Below are positions 7,654 to 18,357 of a stretch of 64,000 nt of DNA, piece by piece. How positions within the stretch are numbered: position 1 is the stretch's first letter; each line of letters opens with the position of its first letter. The stretch is from Candidatus Sungiibacteriota bacterium (lineage in GTDB: Bacteria; Patescibacteriota; Minisyncoccia; Sungbacterales; HO2-52-23): positions 8,317-72,316 of the forward strand of contig JACOYX010000017.1 of NCBI GenBank assembly GCA_016181585.1. The letters run 5' to 3'. A program made the translations under genes and the position numbers. Under the pieces are notes generated by a model. It did no database searches. It was not told the DNA's origin and saw nothing but the letters and a program-made list of their open reading frames with translations.

Positions 7654-9909
7654 CTATTTACCCCGAATCGATTCCAAAAACGATTCTGCTTCCGCCTTAA
7701 AATTCGGATCCACCCTCATAGATTCTCTCGCCTCCGCCCGCGCCTCCTCATACCTTCCCACAAATGCAAGATGCGCCGCATACACAGCGTGATATTTCGG
7801 ATTCGTCGGCGAAACTTTTACTAAAGCGGCATATATCGGCACGGCGGATTTATATTCCTCAATTTTTTGATACGCTTGCGCAATACGATAGAGTTCCGGT
7901 TCCTTGAGTAAAACAAAATCAGTGGCTGATGCGATCTCTGCGGCAATTTCAGGCTTTTTTCCTATAATGGCGATCACCCACGCATTCACCCTAGCGTCGG
8001 GATATGAATGATCCGCCCGCCACGCGTCTCGCAATGTCTCGGCCGCTCGATCGTTTTTGCCTATATTCATATACATTTGCGCAAGTTCAAAAGCAAGCAT
8101 TTGTTTCTTGGGGCTCATCGCGACTGCCTCTTCAAGAACGCGTACTCCCTCCTCCGCAAATTCTGATTTTAAATCCAGCGCCCGATCTATTATGGCTCCG
8201 TAAAACAAAAGGTGCTTTACATCTTTCGCGGAATGTGATGTTTCTTTGCGAAACTCATCCACAGCAAATTCAATAAAATGCTGTTGTTCCTCTTTAGTAA
8301 ATCTTTCATTGCCTGGAATACTGCGCGCCACATTGCCGATCTGCTCCCTTACTTCCGTATTGCCAAACGAGTCATAACTCAATGCTTTTTGATATGCGCC
8401 GATAATCTGATCTGCCGAACCTCGCTGCTGGATAGTAAGCGCCGTAATGAGCGCTTTGGCTTCATTGATCGGTTTTACATGCAAAAAGTAACCGGCAAAA
8501 ATCACAAGAATAATTGTCGCACTCAATACCGCAAGACCTTGGGGAGCGCGCGCTGAAGCTTTATGGAAAGCAATTTTTTCATGGCTATTTCCCCAAACCG
8601 CAAAATTGGCATACGCCAGAAAAGCGAAAAAGAGAATATAGGTGTTAAGATTGTCGAAGACGAAAATGTCTTGAATAATATGCGAGATAAAAACTCCCAA
8701 AACCACGAGACCCGCCCAAAAAGGAAGTTCTTTCTTTTTCAACGCATGAAAAACGCCCCAAACCGCGGCACCCACCATGGCAAAAAATGCGGCAAATCCC
8801 AAAATCCCAGCATGAATCAGCCAATCAAAGATAATATTGTGCGAGCGGTCAAACCACGGCTCCTGACTCCAGAGTCCGGGGTTATAGTATTTCTGAAACA
8901 CTAAATAATAATTTTCCTGTCCCCAGCCTAAAAAGGGGCGTTCCAAAACACCCTGCCACGACATTCCCCAAATCATCCGCCGTGCGCGAATGGTGTCTTC
9001 CTGGAAAGAATAGTTGGTCAAACGGCGCAGTACTTGATTGGACTGCACAAACGAAGTTCCGCGCATGAGCCAGAGTATCAAGGGTACTGCAATCACCACC
9101 GCAAGCAAACTAGCGGCGATCGCGCGGCCGCGCGCTGTCGGCTTAAATCCGTCGCCCACGCTGAACCCGTGCTGATTTTTTTCTGAAAGTTTTTCCCACC
9201 ATACCACCAGCGCCGAAAGAAAAAGAAAACCCGTAAGCACCATCGCGAGAATAGCCCCGCGGGTTGCGGTGAAATAGAGTATTGTAAATTCAAATAGAAA
9301 AATTAGGGCATAGATTGCCTCGAGCCACCATTTTTTCCAAAAGTTGTACGCAAGCAAAAGCAAAATCCAGAGATGAAACACAAGATACGCCGCAAGGTAG
9401 GTCGGATTGCCGATAGTTGAATCCACGCGAAATCCTCCCTGCATGGAAATCCGGTAACCGAGTTTTTGTAAAAACGCAATGTAGGAAACCAGAACGCTCG
9501 CAATAAGCGTCGTGTGAAAAAAAATAATCCAATCGCGGCGGCGAAACACCGAAACCAGCATGACAAAATAAAGGTACAAATGAACTAGCATCATGAACCC
9601 TTCCATGCGCTCATAGTTGGAGAAAAGCGAACGGTAAGGATTCGGACTCAAAATATCCGCCGCAAACAATATGACTATAAATATGGTTGCCGTTTTAAAT
9701 ACCGGCGTAAGCTTCGGACGGAATTCCTCGCGCATAACCGCAAGGCCCGCCCATGCCGCAAATAAGATTTCCACCATCATGCGAAACGCAAAATTTTTTC
9801 CCGTAATAAAAGGAAAAAGCATTGCAGGTTCTATATAGAGTGGCAAAAAAGGAATCGCCCACAAGCCGATTTTTACGAGCCAAAGCAAGATACTTTCAAG
9901 GTTTTTCAT
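7654..9909 (-). CDS. O-antigen ligase/polymerase (Wzy_C)-like polytopic membrane domain fused to C-terminal TPR repeats
   Basis: 751 aa; about 12 TM helices with a Wzy_C-like loop; C-terminal 280 aa of TPR-like helical repeats. Confidence 0.65.
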   Translation of the reverse strand: MKNLESILLWLVKIGLWAIPFLPLYIEPAMLFPFITGKNFAFRMMVEILFAAWAGLAVMREEFRPKLTPVFKTATIFIVILFAADILSPNPYRSLFSNYERMEGFMMLVHLYLYFVMLVSVFRRRDWIIFFHTTLIASVLVSYIAFLQKLGYRISMQGGFRVDSTIGNPTYLAAYLVFHLWILLLLAYNFWKKWWLEAIYALIFLFEFTILYFTATRGAILAMVLTGFLFLSALVVWWEKLSEKNQHGFSVGDGFKPTARGRAIAASLLAVVIAVPLILWLMRGTSFVQSNQVLRRLTNYSFQEDTIRARRMIWGMSWQGVLERPFLGWGQENYYLVFQKYYNPGLWSQEPWFDRSHNIIFDWLIHAGILGFAAFFAMVGAAVWGVFHALKKKELPFWAGLVVLGVFISHIIQDIFVFDNLNTYILFFAFLAYANFAVWGNSHEKIAFHKASARAPQGLAVLSATIILVIFAGYFLHVKPINEAKALITALTIQQRGSADQIIGAYQKALSYDSFGNTEVREQIGNVARSIPGNERFTKEEQQHFIEFAVDEFRKETSHSAKDVKHLLFYGAIIDRALDLKSEFAEEGVRVLEEAVAMSPKKQMLAFELAQMYMNIGKNDRAAETLRDAWRADHSYPDARVNAWVIAIIGKKPEIAAEIASATDFVLLKEPELYRIAQAYQKIEEYKSAVPIYAALVKVSPTNPKYHAVYAAHLAFVGRYEEARAEARESMRVDPNFKAEAESFLESIRGK

Positions 9910-9950
9910 ATAAAATGTATGGTACTATGAGAAAAGTTGAACGTCAATTA

Positions 9951-9985
9951 TAAAAACTCCGGAAAATCCGGAGTTTTATTTTTTA
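9951..9985. terminator. Hairpin terminator aaaactccgg-aaaa-tccggagtttt + T-run
   Basis: 9-bp stem followed by attttttac. Confidence 0.55.
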
Positions 9986-10975
9986 CTTAAGCAATTTAAA
10001 AATCTCATCCATAGTGCTCAAACCTTCGGGCTGCAGAGGAAACGCGGCTTCCTGTTTAGCTTTTAGTTCTATCCGCCCATCTCCTACAATCAGCCTATCA
10101 AGCACCTCAGTCATATTATCCATGGTTGCCACCTCGCATGCACCCGCGGCAACCGGCCCCCAAAGCTCCTCATTCACCTGTTTTTTCATATACTTCTTTA
10201 CCTCATCGTTGAGATAATAAATCACGGGAAGCCGCAACAGCGCCGCTTCCATAACACCAGTAGATCCGCCGGTTACGACCGAAATATCTGCCGTAAGCAT
10301 AAGCGAAGGCACGCTTTCGCGCGACTGCAACACCTTAATCCCTTTTTGCCGCAAAAGCATAGCCCGACATTCCGGGTCTTGCGTGTCTTTCATTTCACTG
10401 GGGTGCTCCTGAAAAAGCACCGTATAATTTACACCAATTACACACAAACCAGCAACTATAGAATTTAACATACTGTCGGTAATCCCCGCATGCTTCAATC
10501 CCGATACATAGACGAGTAGTCCCGGAAAATCCGCACGATTCAAATTTGCCGGCTTCACCTTTTTTGGATCCGCCCAATGCGATGGATAACCAACCCACAT
10601 CGCGTCTTTATATCCAAATTCTTTTGCGGGTTCGATATCAGAAGGGGAAGCAACAACAGCAGTTGCATTACCAACACGTCCTTTTACTCCAGGACGGAGA
10701 ATACTGCGCGGCGTATCTCCGAGAACAAGCACCGGCTTACTGTGCGCATAAGCATTACTCAGCATAATTTGATCCAGCCTACTCTCAAACGAAGATGGAC
10801 CGCCAACTACCGAAAAATTATACCGATATGCATAAATAGCTTCAGCGCTTACTTCGGGATTATTCCCCAAATACATAACGCCGTAATTTCTTTTCAAACC
10901 CTCTACAGCGACATCGCGACAGTAGTTCGAGGGCCCCGTGTCATACGCCCCGACCAATAATTGCGGTTTTGCCAT
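9983..10975 (-). CDS. Hypothetical GT-B-fold-like protein (family not recognised), paralogous to 11145-12260
   Basis: 330 aa; two Rossmann-like halves with a C-terminal ...ADISVVTGGSTGVMEAALLRLPVI... nucleotide-sugar-binding-like motif; divergently arranged with its paralogue. Confidence 0.4.
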   Translation of the reverse strand: MAKPQLLVGAYDTGPSNYCRDVAVEGLKRNYGVMYLGNNPEVSAEAIYAYRYNFSVVGGPSSFESRLDQIMLSNAYAHSKPVLVLGDTPRSILRPGVKGRVGNATAVVASPSDIEPAKEFGYKDAMWVGYPSHWADPKKVKPANLNRADFPGLLVYVSGLKHAGITDSMLNSIVAGLCVIGVNYTVLFQEHPSEMKDTQDPECRAMLLRQKGIKVLQSRESVPSLMLTADISVVTGGSTGVMEAALLRLPVIYYLNDEVKKYMKKQVNEELWGPVAAGACEVATMDNMTEVLDRLIVGDGRIELKAKQEAAFPLQPEGLSTMDEIFKLLK

Positions 10976-11144
10976 CTTGCATCTCCTTACTTAGTGCATT
11001 AAAAGAACAAATTTAGCTAAATTATACAATTTAGCGGTGTTTTTATATATAACAATTATTTAGCTTTATGTCAATAAAATCTTATAAAGTTATCTCGCCA
11101 ATAAATTCGATGACATTTTCCATATTTTCTGTTACATTAACTCC

Positions 11145-12260
11145 ATGAAAAAACTCCTTATCGTCGCCGACTCCCCTGGTTCCGCAGAATTCATTGCGCC
11201 CGTCATTCCCTTGCTTCAGAAAAAAACAAAGATCGTGGTCGTGACAGTCAACACTTCTACCGAAGCGCCGTATACGATATTAAAAAAATATAAGCCATTA
11301 CGATGCGATCATGAAAAAGATGCGGAGGCATTGTTTCGAAAAATAAAACCCGATATTCTGCTCGCGGGGACAAGCTCGCTCATCCCCGGCCCATTTGTCA
11401 ATAACTGCTTCATCCGCCTCATGCACCGAGAGCAAAAACCGGTTTTAGTCTTTCAAGACTATTGGGCAAACCACCGCTGGCCGCAAAACAAAGAAACTCT
11501 GCATTTGTGGAACGCCGTATTTGTGCCTGACGAACTTGCAAAAAAGTTTTTGCAGGAAGATGCTTTTTCGGGAAATATCATAACCACCGGCAATCCTGCG
11601 TTTGATAAATTCACAACTGCCAATCCCGCCGCGATTCGCAATGCATTGCGCAAGGAGCTCAACATACGCGGATATGAGTTTGTCATACTCTACGCCGGCA
11701 CCGGCACGCCGCAAGCATGGCAGGAAGATGAAGCAACATTTCGTTTTCTCGCTAATGCATTGCAGGAATTTTTTGCGAACACGCCGAATATCGTTTTTAT
11801 TCCCCGCTCTCACCCGCGCGATGAAGAAAAAAATCGGTATCAAAAACTGGCACCTCGTTTGCGGATGTATAACCCAGATCACGGAAAAAACATCTATTCT
11901 ACCGACAATCTACTCTTAATGGCAGATTGTATAATCAGCATGTATTCAACCGCGCTTCTGCACGCCTGTTTTCTCAAAATACCGGCCATAAGCATTCTTC
12001 TTCCCGATGCGGGCCGCGCGCGCCTTCGAAAAATCAATCTCGATAATTTTCCTCCCAATACCGTTGGCGCGACTATTGGTGTTTACAAAGAATCTACCAA
12101 GGACCTTGTCGCCGCATTCGACGCCGTTAAAAATGACCCGCACTATCGCCAAAAGATAACCAACGCGCAAACGCAATTTTTCTCTTTGGCACAGAACAAA
12201 AAATCAGCCACGGAAACTGCGGCCGATGCGATCACTTCTTTTATTAGACCTGCTGCGTAA
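11145..12260 (+). CDS. Hypothetical GT-B-fold-like protein, paralogue of 9983-10975
   Basis: 371 aa; similar architecture (..LLMADCIISMYSTALLHACFLKIPAI..); stop codon lies within the family-A repeat. Confidence 0.4.
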   Translation: MKKLLIVADSPGSAEFIAPVIPLLQKKTKIVVVTVNTSTEAPYTILKKYKPLRCDHEKDAEALFRKIKPDILLAGTSSLIPGPFVNNCFIRLMHREQKPVLVFQDYWANHRWPQNKETLHLWNAVFVPDELAKKFLQEDAFSGNIITTGNPAFDKFTTANPAAIRNALRKELNIRGYEFVILYAGTGTPQAWQEDEATFRFLANALQEFFANTPNIVFIPRSHPRDEEKNRYQKLAPRLRMYNPDHGKNIYSTDNLLLMADCIISMYSTALLHACFLKIPAISILLPDAGRARLRKINLDNFPPNTVGATIGVYKESTKDLVAAFDAVKNDPHYRQKITNAQTQFFSLAQNKKSATETAADAITSFIRPAA

Positions 12261-12360
12261 AAATTTTTCTACTGCAATTTCAATTCGCACCAAAATCGCT
12301 TCAGCAATTTTATCTCAAAATTCTGAAATTTCGCTATGAAAATCTTTACGCAGTAGGTCT
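12246..12360. repeat. Palindromic repeat family A, copy 2
   Basis: agacctgctgcgtaaaaa ... ctttacgcagtaggtct; supplies stop codons for both flanking genes. Confidence 0.7.
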
Positions 12361-12745
12361 ATTTCTTAATTCCTGTTTTTTTCTCAAGTTCAGCAATTCG
12401 TGATTCAAGTTTAGTATATTCGTCGTAGGTAATAAGACGCTTTTTACCCCGAGGATCGGTCCACTCGTTAATTTTTCTATGGATAAAGCGAAGTTCTTCA
12501 GAGTGATCTTCAAGAATTTCTTCTATAGTACCAATTCTTTGCTCTACCGCACCCATGCGAACTTTAAGATCCTCAATATCAGACTCCAGTTTCGAGAAAT
12601 GCTTGTCCACTCGATCAAACCGCGCATCTATTGCCTCAAACCGCGCATCAACCGCGTCAAAGCCAGCTTTTACCATCACAGCCAATTCATCGATTGTAAC
12701 GCCCTTCTTTTTGGCCATAGTGCCATTATAATCAATCCATCCCAT
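12359..12745 (-). CDS. Hypothetical coiled-coil protein
   Basis: About 128 aa; repeated ARFxAIDARFDRVD heptad-like segments; the ORF-track start is TTG, so I used the first ATG. Confidence 0.45.
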   Translation of the reverse strand: MGWIDYNGTMAKKKGVTIDELAVMVKAGFDAVDARFEAIDARFDRVDKHFSKLESDIEDLKVRMGAVEQRIGTIEEILEDHSEELRFIHRKINEWTDPRGKKRLITYDEYTKLESRIAELEKKTGIKK

Positions 12746-12750
12746 ACTCG

Positions 12751-13860
12751 TCAAATCAGCAAACCTTCAACGATAGGGTCGTACTTTTTAAATGGCTTTG
12801 AGAGTTTTTTTCCTATCACATATTCATATCGCTCCGAAGGCATCCCTCCAGCAAATTTCTGAGGGCGCATGGCATAGATCATATCCGCCGTCAAAATAAC
12901 GCCGGCCGCAATATCTTGTCCTGCCATAAGCGATTTTCGAAAATAAGGACGAAATATCGCCTCTCCATCTTGAAGAACCTTCCCTTCTTTTCCCATGCCT
13001 TTCTGGACAATTTCTTTAGCGAGATATTCTTCTTTTTTTGCGGGATTATTTTCAATATCGCGAATACCTTTGGTAAGAGTCTTGAATTCCTCCGGCGTCA
13101 TGGATACTTTGTGGTCTGCGCCCCATAAATCCCGTGCAAACGAAAAGTGCTTTTCAATCACTCGCGCTCCCAGCGCCACTGCGGCAAGCGCGGAATCAAT
13201 ACCGATCGAATGATCAGAAAATCCGGTTGGCACATGATAACGATCGGCTAAATACTTAATTGATTTTAAATAAAGCTCATCCGGCGGACAGGGGTATTTT
13301 GATACGCAATGCAATAATATTATTTCCGAGTTTCTTCGTTTCAGAAAGTCAATTGCGCTATCAATCTCTTCTTCCGTCGACATACCGGAGGAAATAATAA
13401 TAGGTTTTTTGGTGGAAGCCAGATAATCAAGCATTACAAAATCCAAGAGATCACCGGAACCAACTTTCCATAATTCAACACCAAGTTGCGAAAGTTTTTG
13501 CGCCGCGCCGCGTGACATTGGTGTAGAAAAAAACGTAATGCCAATTTCATCGCAGTACGTTTTTAATGGCCGCCAAAATTCTTCAGGTGGCGTCGCCGCA
13601 GTATTTCGAGAAACCCAAGAATAGCGGTCGGAACCCCTGAAGTGAGGCGAGACAACGTTGATATTCAACTGCTCGTCCTCCACATTGTGCGTCTGAAATT
13701 TCACCGCATCCGCTCCAGCATCTTTTGCAGCTCTAACTAATTTTTTCGCATTTTCCAGATATTCAAAAACCGGACACTCTTCTTCGGTTTGTATAAAATT
13801 CTTGCCCATTTCGGCAATGATGAAAACTTTATTGTTTAGTTGTTGAGGAAAAGAAAGCAT
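12751..13860 (-). CDS. NeuB-family nonulosonic acid synthase (N-acetylneuraminate/legionaminate/pseudaminate synthase-like) with C-terminal SAF domain
   Basis: 369 aa; NeuB TIM-barrel motifs (FIIAEMGKNF, ..KFQTH.., GFSDHS.G); C-terminal SAF-like region. Confidence 0.8.
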   Translation of the reverse strand: MLSFPQQLNNKVFIIAEMGKNFIQTEEECPVFEYLENAKKLVRAAKDAGADAVKFQTHNVEDEQLNINVVSPHFRGSDRYSWVSRNTAATPPEEFWRPLKTYCDEIGITFFSTPMSRGAAQKLSQLGVELWKVGSGDLLDFVMLDYLASTKKPIIISSGMSTEEEIDSAIDFLKRRNSEIILLHCVSKYPCPPDELYLKSIKYLADRYHVPTGFSDHSIGIDSALAAVALGARVIEKHFSFARDLWGADHKVSMTPEEFKTLTKGIRDIENNPAKKEEYLAKEIVQKGMGKEGKVLQDGEAIFRPYFRKSLMAGQDIAAGVILTADMIYAMRPQKFAGGMPSERYEYVIGKKLSKPFKKYDPIVEGLLI

Positions 13861-13968
13861 GGGTTTAGCGACTGATGTTATTAAAACGCATCAAAACCAT
13901 AACACGTTTCAGAGAAAAATAAAAACCCCGCATGATATATGCTGGGGCTCTTTCAGATTATATGCAAA

Positions 13969-14523
13969 TTATACCTTCGGCTCAATACATTTTGCTTCCA
14001 AAATAAGCTCGCACACTTCACGCACCGCGTGACTGCCTCCCCGTGCTTCAGTGACATAGTCAGCAATCGCTTTCAATTTTTTGTGTCCGTCGGCGACAGT
14101 CACTTTCACCCCAGCAAATTGCATGGGCTCAATATCATTCACATCATCACCCATGTAAAGAATCTCTTCCGGGCTTACGTTATTTTCCGCCGCAATCCGT
14201 TTCAGGATTTTCAACTTCCCCTCACCATTTTCCACTCCCTGCCAACACTGCACTTTTATTTTTTCGCAACGCTTCGCCACAACAGGATTCGCTTCTTTCG
14301 AAATGACACCAACCACAATCCCTGCTTGTTTTTGCAGCATGCCAACACCGAGAGAATCACGCCGCGAACAACGCACCATTTCATGTCCTGTATCATCTAC
14401 ATAAACCATGCCATCGGTCATAATCCCATCAAAATCAAACGCAACGAGCCGGACAGGAACAAGTTTTCTTAACACATTTTCCCTCATTTGTCTTTGATAA
14501 TTAATCACACCACCTAGTGACAT
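13969..14523 (-). CDS. KdsC-family HAD phosphatase (sugar-acid 8- or 9-phosphate phosphatase)
   Basis: VAFDFDGIMTDG HAD motif I; GDDVNDIEPM motif; 184 aa. Confidence 0.7.
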   Translation of the reverse strand: MSLGGVINYQRQMRENVLRKLVPVRLVAFDFDGIMTDGMVYVDDTGHEMVRCSRRDSLGVGMLQKQAGIVVGVISKEANPVVAKRCEKIKVQCWQGVENGEGKLKILKRIAAENNVSPEEILYMGDDVNDIEPMQFAGVKVTVADGHKKLKAIADYVTEARGGSHAVREVCELILEAKCIEPKV

Positions 14524-14544
14524 GTTGTATTCCTCCTTCCGGTT

Positions 14545-14979
14545 TTATCCAATCCTTATCTCCTCCACCGTTGTCGTGGGAAGCCCTCCATCTATCTTTT
14601 CGCCGTAATGCTCTTCCATACGCACGCGATCATTGAACACAGGATTTGATACTTCGAAAATAACGCAATCAGTAATTGCCGTTTCGCGATGCACAGCTCC
14701 GGTCGGAATGAGCACGGTTTGTCCCGGTTTGACCGTCACCTTTGTAATCTTGCCGTCTCCCTCATCATATTCCAAAAGCATTTCGCCGGAAACAAGATGC
14801 CCCGCTTCATTTTTAACTTGATGCTTCTGCAGGCCACCCCTTGTCCCCGCTTTCATTTTTAAAATTTTGCCCGTGGCGACACCTTTGATATGCGCCACCA
14901 AAATTTCCTCTCCCCATACCCGCTCCCGCACTTCGGGTGTAAAAAATTCTATGGTTGCTTTTTTTTCTTGATTCCCCAT
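14545..14979 (-). CDS. Cupin-domain protein
   Basis: 144 aa; beta-barrel cupin signature (G.TVLIPTGAVH). Confidence 0.55.
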   Translation of the reverse strand: MGNQEKKATIEFFTPEVRERVWGEEILVAHIKGVATGKILKMKAGTRGGLQKHQVKNEAGHLVSGEMLLEYDEGDGKITKVTVKPGQTVLIPTGAVHRETAITDCVIFEVSNPVFNDRVRMEEHYGEKIDGGLPTTTVEEIRIG

Positions 14980-15045
14980 ATGTGTCCTTTCTTATGTTTT
15001 CTAATGGGCTATATTATGCAACATTTATTTGTAGATAAAAGTAAC

Positions 15046-15076
15046 AGCTACTTAGCGTTGAAACCGCTAAGTAGCT
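15046..15076. terminator. 12-bp perfect-stem hairpin agctacttagcg-ttgaaac-cgctaagtagct
   Basis: Lies 3' of the minus-strand cupin gene 15086-15511. Confidence 0.5.
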
Positions 15077-15085
15077 TATAGTTAA

Positions 15086-15511
15086 CTACACCTTAGGCAC
15101 CTTAATCACAAAAAACCGCGCCGTACCTTCCGCGCGATGCGTGTGCGGCACTCCCGCCGGAATCCAAAGACAATCACCTTTTTTTATCACTTGCTCATCT
15201 CCCCCCGCAATTTCCTTGGCAAAAATTTCCGTTTTATCTTCCGTGCCGTCGGTATTCTTTTTAAACCATGGACTCACCATTTCTCCGCCAATGGTAAATA
15301 CGGCCTCCCCCTCAATACACTGCCATAAATCAGCTTTTTCCGTATGCACTTCCGCATCATTTACTATATCAGTATCTTCAAGCATGGCCAAAGGCACATC
15401 GTTTAATTTTGTGAATGAACGCAGAGGCTCGAGCGAATGCTTACCTTGCACAGGAGATTTTTTTTTCGTCTCTTCCACAATCGAGTGAGGTATGTATATG
15501 TAAGTATGCAT
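15086..15511 (-). CDS. Cupin-domain protein
   Basis: 141 aa; LWIPAGVPHTHRAEG cupin motif. Confidence 0.55.
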   Translation of the reverse strand: MHTYIYIPHSIVEETKKKSPVQGKHSLEPLRSFTKLNDVPLAMLEDTDIVNDAEVHTEKADLWQCIEGEAVFTIGGEMVSPWFKKNTDGTEDKTEIFAKEIAGGDEQVIKKGDCLWIPAGVPHTHRAEGTARFFVIKVPKV

Positions 15512-15582
15512 GAAATATAAAATTAAATATACAGCATTTATTCACGATCGCTAATAAACGCTGGATATTTCAATTATGTCTT

Positions 15583-16299
15583 TTATCTATTGTGGCGGAG
15601 TAGCGCTTTTTCCGCCTCTTCCCAATCTTCCATGCTATCAATATTCACGCTATATTTTTGCTCCATTGGATACGCCCGCACATCATCACCATAAAAAGTT
15701 GGTTCCGAACGAAATAAAAGTTCGGTCTTAAAAAGATATATGGCGCCGTTTCGCGTATATGTTTTTCCGAGCTCCTGCCTTCGCTTCACGATTTGCGAAA
15801 ACGGCTCGCCCGTAAAAATTTGCAAATGATTTTCCGCGTCAATTAAAAACTGCCAATGCGGATTAAAATGTTGGGGAATTTCCGAGACGCTCACGATCGA
15901 ATCTGCATTAATTTTTTCCATAAGCTCCGCCGACTCGCGAATATGAAAATCCTGCCGCAGGGGACATGTGGGCTGTAAAATCATCACATAATCCGATACA
16001 AAATTTTCATTGTCGCGAAGCCAGTTTACCGCGTGTTGTAGTACCGGTAAGTGCGGCGTGGTATCTTGCGCAAGTTCCGCCGGACGCATGAAAGGCACTT
16101 CGGCGCCGCACTGCTTTGCAACATTGGCAATTTCTCTATCATCCGTTGAAAGAATCAAGCGTGAAATAACGCCGGATTCTTTGGCGGCTTTGATGGTATA
16201 AGCAATGAGGGGTTTTCCCGCAAGCTCTTTTACGTTTTTCCGCGGAATACCTTTTGACCCTCCGCGAGCAGTGATGATACCGAGAATAGTTTTTGGCAT
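15583..16299 (-). CDS. Acylneuraminate cytidylyltransferase family (CMP-nonulosonic acid synthetase, NeuA/KdsB-type)
   Basis: ILGIITARGGSKGIPRKN signature; 238 aa. Confidence 0.8.
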   Translation of the reverse strand: MPKTILGIITARGGSKGIPRKNVKELAGKPLIAYTIKAAKESGVISRLILSTDDREIANVAKQCGAEVPFMRPAELAQDTTPHLPVLQHAVNWLRDNENFVSDYVMILQPTCPLRQDFHIRESAELMEKINADSIVSVSEIPQHFNPHWQFLIDAENHLQIFTGEPFSQIVKRRQELGKTYTRNGAIYLFKTELLFRSEPTFYGDDVRAYPMEQKYSVNIDSMEDWEEAEKALLRHNR

Positions 16300-16383
16300 A
16301 AGTAAACCTTACAAGATTAAAACGATTTATTCAAATGTTTTGTAATATTTTAAAATCGGCGCTATAAACTAGCGCCGATTTAT

Positions 16384-17313
16384 TTATAAAGAAAGCAGAA
16401 TTGTTCCCAGAAAAAGTACTGCTGATCCGATGATTCTTTGCCGAAAATATCCCTCACCAAGAAACAAAAATGCAAGGAGAACTGTCCATAAAATTTGTGT
16501 CCGTTTCAGCGCTCCCACATAGGGCGCAATTCCATAATAATATCCCGCATTGTACATACACGCCGCAACACCAAACATCATACCAACCATAAATACCCGC
16601 CAAAACATTTCTTTGGAAAGTTTTTGCCACACGCCTCGTCTCATTGATTCAAAAAATACCACACACGCAACGATAGTAAAAACCGAGCCGGTAAAAAACA
16701 TAGGGTCAGAGCGGAGTACGCCGAGTTTATCAAAACTGATGCTTATGGCGCCAAGATACGCTACCAAAAGCGCCAATCTTGCGCCCTTACTTGCAAACAA
16801 GCGAAACCACGGCCCTCCCCAATATGCCAAAAAGTTTTGCCATCGCACCGGGCACACACTGGCCATTGTCTTGGGTAAAGCAACCGGTTTTCCGCCAAGA
16901 TAAAGCGTATATGCGCCAATACCTATTAACACAATCCCAACTCTTCCCCATGCCGTAGGCCACTCGCCAAGAATTACATACGACATCAGTATCGCAAACA
17001 TCGGCATTGCGGAAGATAACGGGACAACGATAGACGCATCTTCAAGCTTGAGTGATTTGATATTGAGATATTGGATAAACACATTGAGAAATGCGGTAAT
17101 GGCAAAGGGAATCCAAAATCCCTGTTGTACGTTTGGCGTGCCGTAAAAAATCAAACTTCCTGAAAACCCCGCGCATGCTGCGCCCAACATGGTCACCACC
17201 GTTACAAAATCTTCATGCACCGCCTGCGTCAGCAATTTCTTTTTAATAATATTGGAAATAGCATGAAGCAATGCTCCGCCCATCACAAACCCATAAATCG
17301 GTAACCCCATCAT
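16384..17313 (-). CDS. EamA/DMT-superfamily membrane transporter
   Basis: 309 aa; 10 predicted TM helices; duplicated EamA-like halves. Confidence 0.55.
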   Translation of the reverse strand: MMGLPIYGFVMGGALLHAISNIIKKKLLTQAVHEDFVTVVTMLGAACAGFSGSLIFYGTPNVQQGFWIPFAITAFLNVFIQYLNIKSLKLEDASIVVPLSSAMPMFAILMSYVILGEWPTAWGRVGIVLIGIGAYTLYLGGKPVALPKTMASVCPVRWQNFLAYWGGPWFRLFASKGARLALLVAYLGAISISFDKLGVLRSDPMFFTGSVFTIVACVVFFESMRRGVWQKLSKEMFWRVFMVGMMFGVAACMYNAGYYYGIAPYVGALKRTQILWTVLLAFLFLGEGYFRQRIIGSAVLFLGTILLSL

Positions 17314-17364
17314 TGTTAGACCCTTTCTTAAAAAAAGGAGGACTGGCTTGTCCTCCTTAGTTAC

Positions 17365-18357
17365 TTATACCTTCACCGCAGTAAACACCGCAGTCGGATG
17401 ATATGACATCATATTTTGCATTTGCTCAAAATCCGGCTCACGAAAAAGTTGAGTCATCGCTTCGTTCATCAACGCGAGTTTTTTCTCGCTTGATAATTCA
17501 GAAAGCGGAGGCCAGCGGAAAAATACCGTCCAGCCGTTGCGGATGAATTCAATTACGCGTAAACCATTCAAGGGAATAAAATTCTCAGTAAACAACAAAG
17601 AAGAAAGTCCGGCTTTAAGACTTGCCTGTACCAAAAAATCATATGTCATTTTTGCAGAACCCAAAGGCCAAAGGTTTTCCCGAGTAAAATCAGGGTATTC
17701 CCGCTTCACAACGCCGTAAAGAATTTGATGTGTCCGCTGATATAACGGATGTGAAAGCTCGGTAAGAATTTCTCCGCTATTTGTGAATGTGCGATGATCA
17801 CTGATACGCGTCAAGAATTTAAAATTTGAAGGTCCGAGATCAAAAGCAAATACACCGCATTTTTTGAGCACACACGAAACTTGCTCAAGAACTTTTGGCA
17901 CCAAACTTTCCTTGCCCGGAGGGTTGAAGAGATGAAATGCCTGGCAACACAATATCGTATCCACACCATTGAAAGATTCGTGGAAAGGTTCGTCCTGCAA
18001 TCCCGGTACACCAGTCCACAGATCTGCTACTTGGTGGAGCGAACGTAAAAGCGTCTCACCGCGCCCGCCAACGATAGTCACCAGCGGGTCACCCATGGTG
18101 TTCAACCCTAAGAAATATCTCATTCCCTCATCGGGCTCAACCGCTATCACGCGCTCTGCGTGTTGCAAAATTTCCATTGTGGAAATTCCAATGCCTGCAC
18201 CAATTTCTACCACTGCACCAAGATTCTTTTTTCCAAGCCGCGCTTTCGCCGCATTAATAACAAACCGAGCTGATTCTCGGTAATAATCATCTCGCAAATT
18301 AAACGCCGCATACGGTATCGCCGCATTTCCTGAAAAAATACTCGTTACTTCTACCAT
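17365..18357 (-). CDS. Class I SAM-dependent methyltransferase
   Basis: VVEIGAGIGIST motif I; 330 aa. Confidence 0.65.
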   Translation of the reverse strand: MVEVTSIFSGNAAIPYAAFNLRDDYYRESARFVINAAKARLGKKNLGAVVEIGAGIGISTMEILQHAERVIAVEPDEGMRYFLGLNTMGDPLVTIVGGRGETLLRSLHQVADLWTGVPGLQDEPFHESFNGVDTILCCQAFHLFNPPGKESLVPKVLEQVSCVLKKCGVFAFDLGPSNFKFLTRISDHRTFTNSGEILTELSHPLYQRTHQILYGVVKREYPDFTRENLWPLGSAKMTYDFLVQASLKAGLSSLLFTENFIPLNGLRVIEFIRNGWTVFFRWPPLSELSSEKKLALMNEAMTQLFREPDFEQMQNMMSYHPTAVFTAVKV

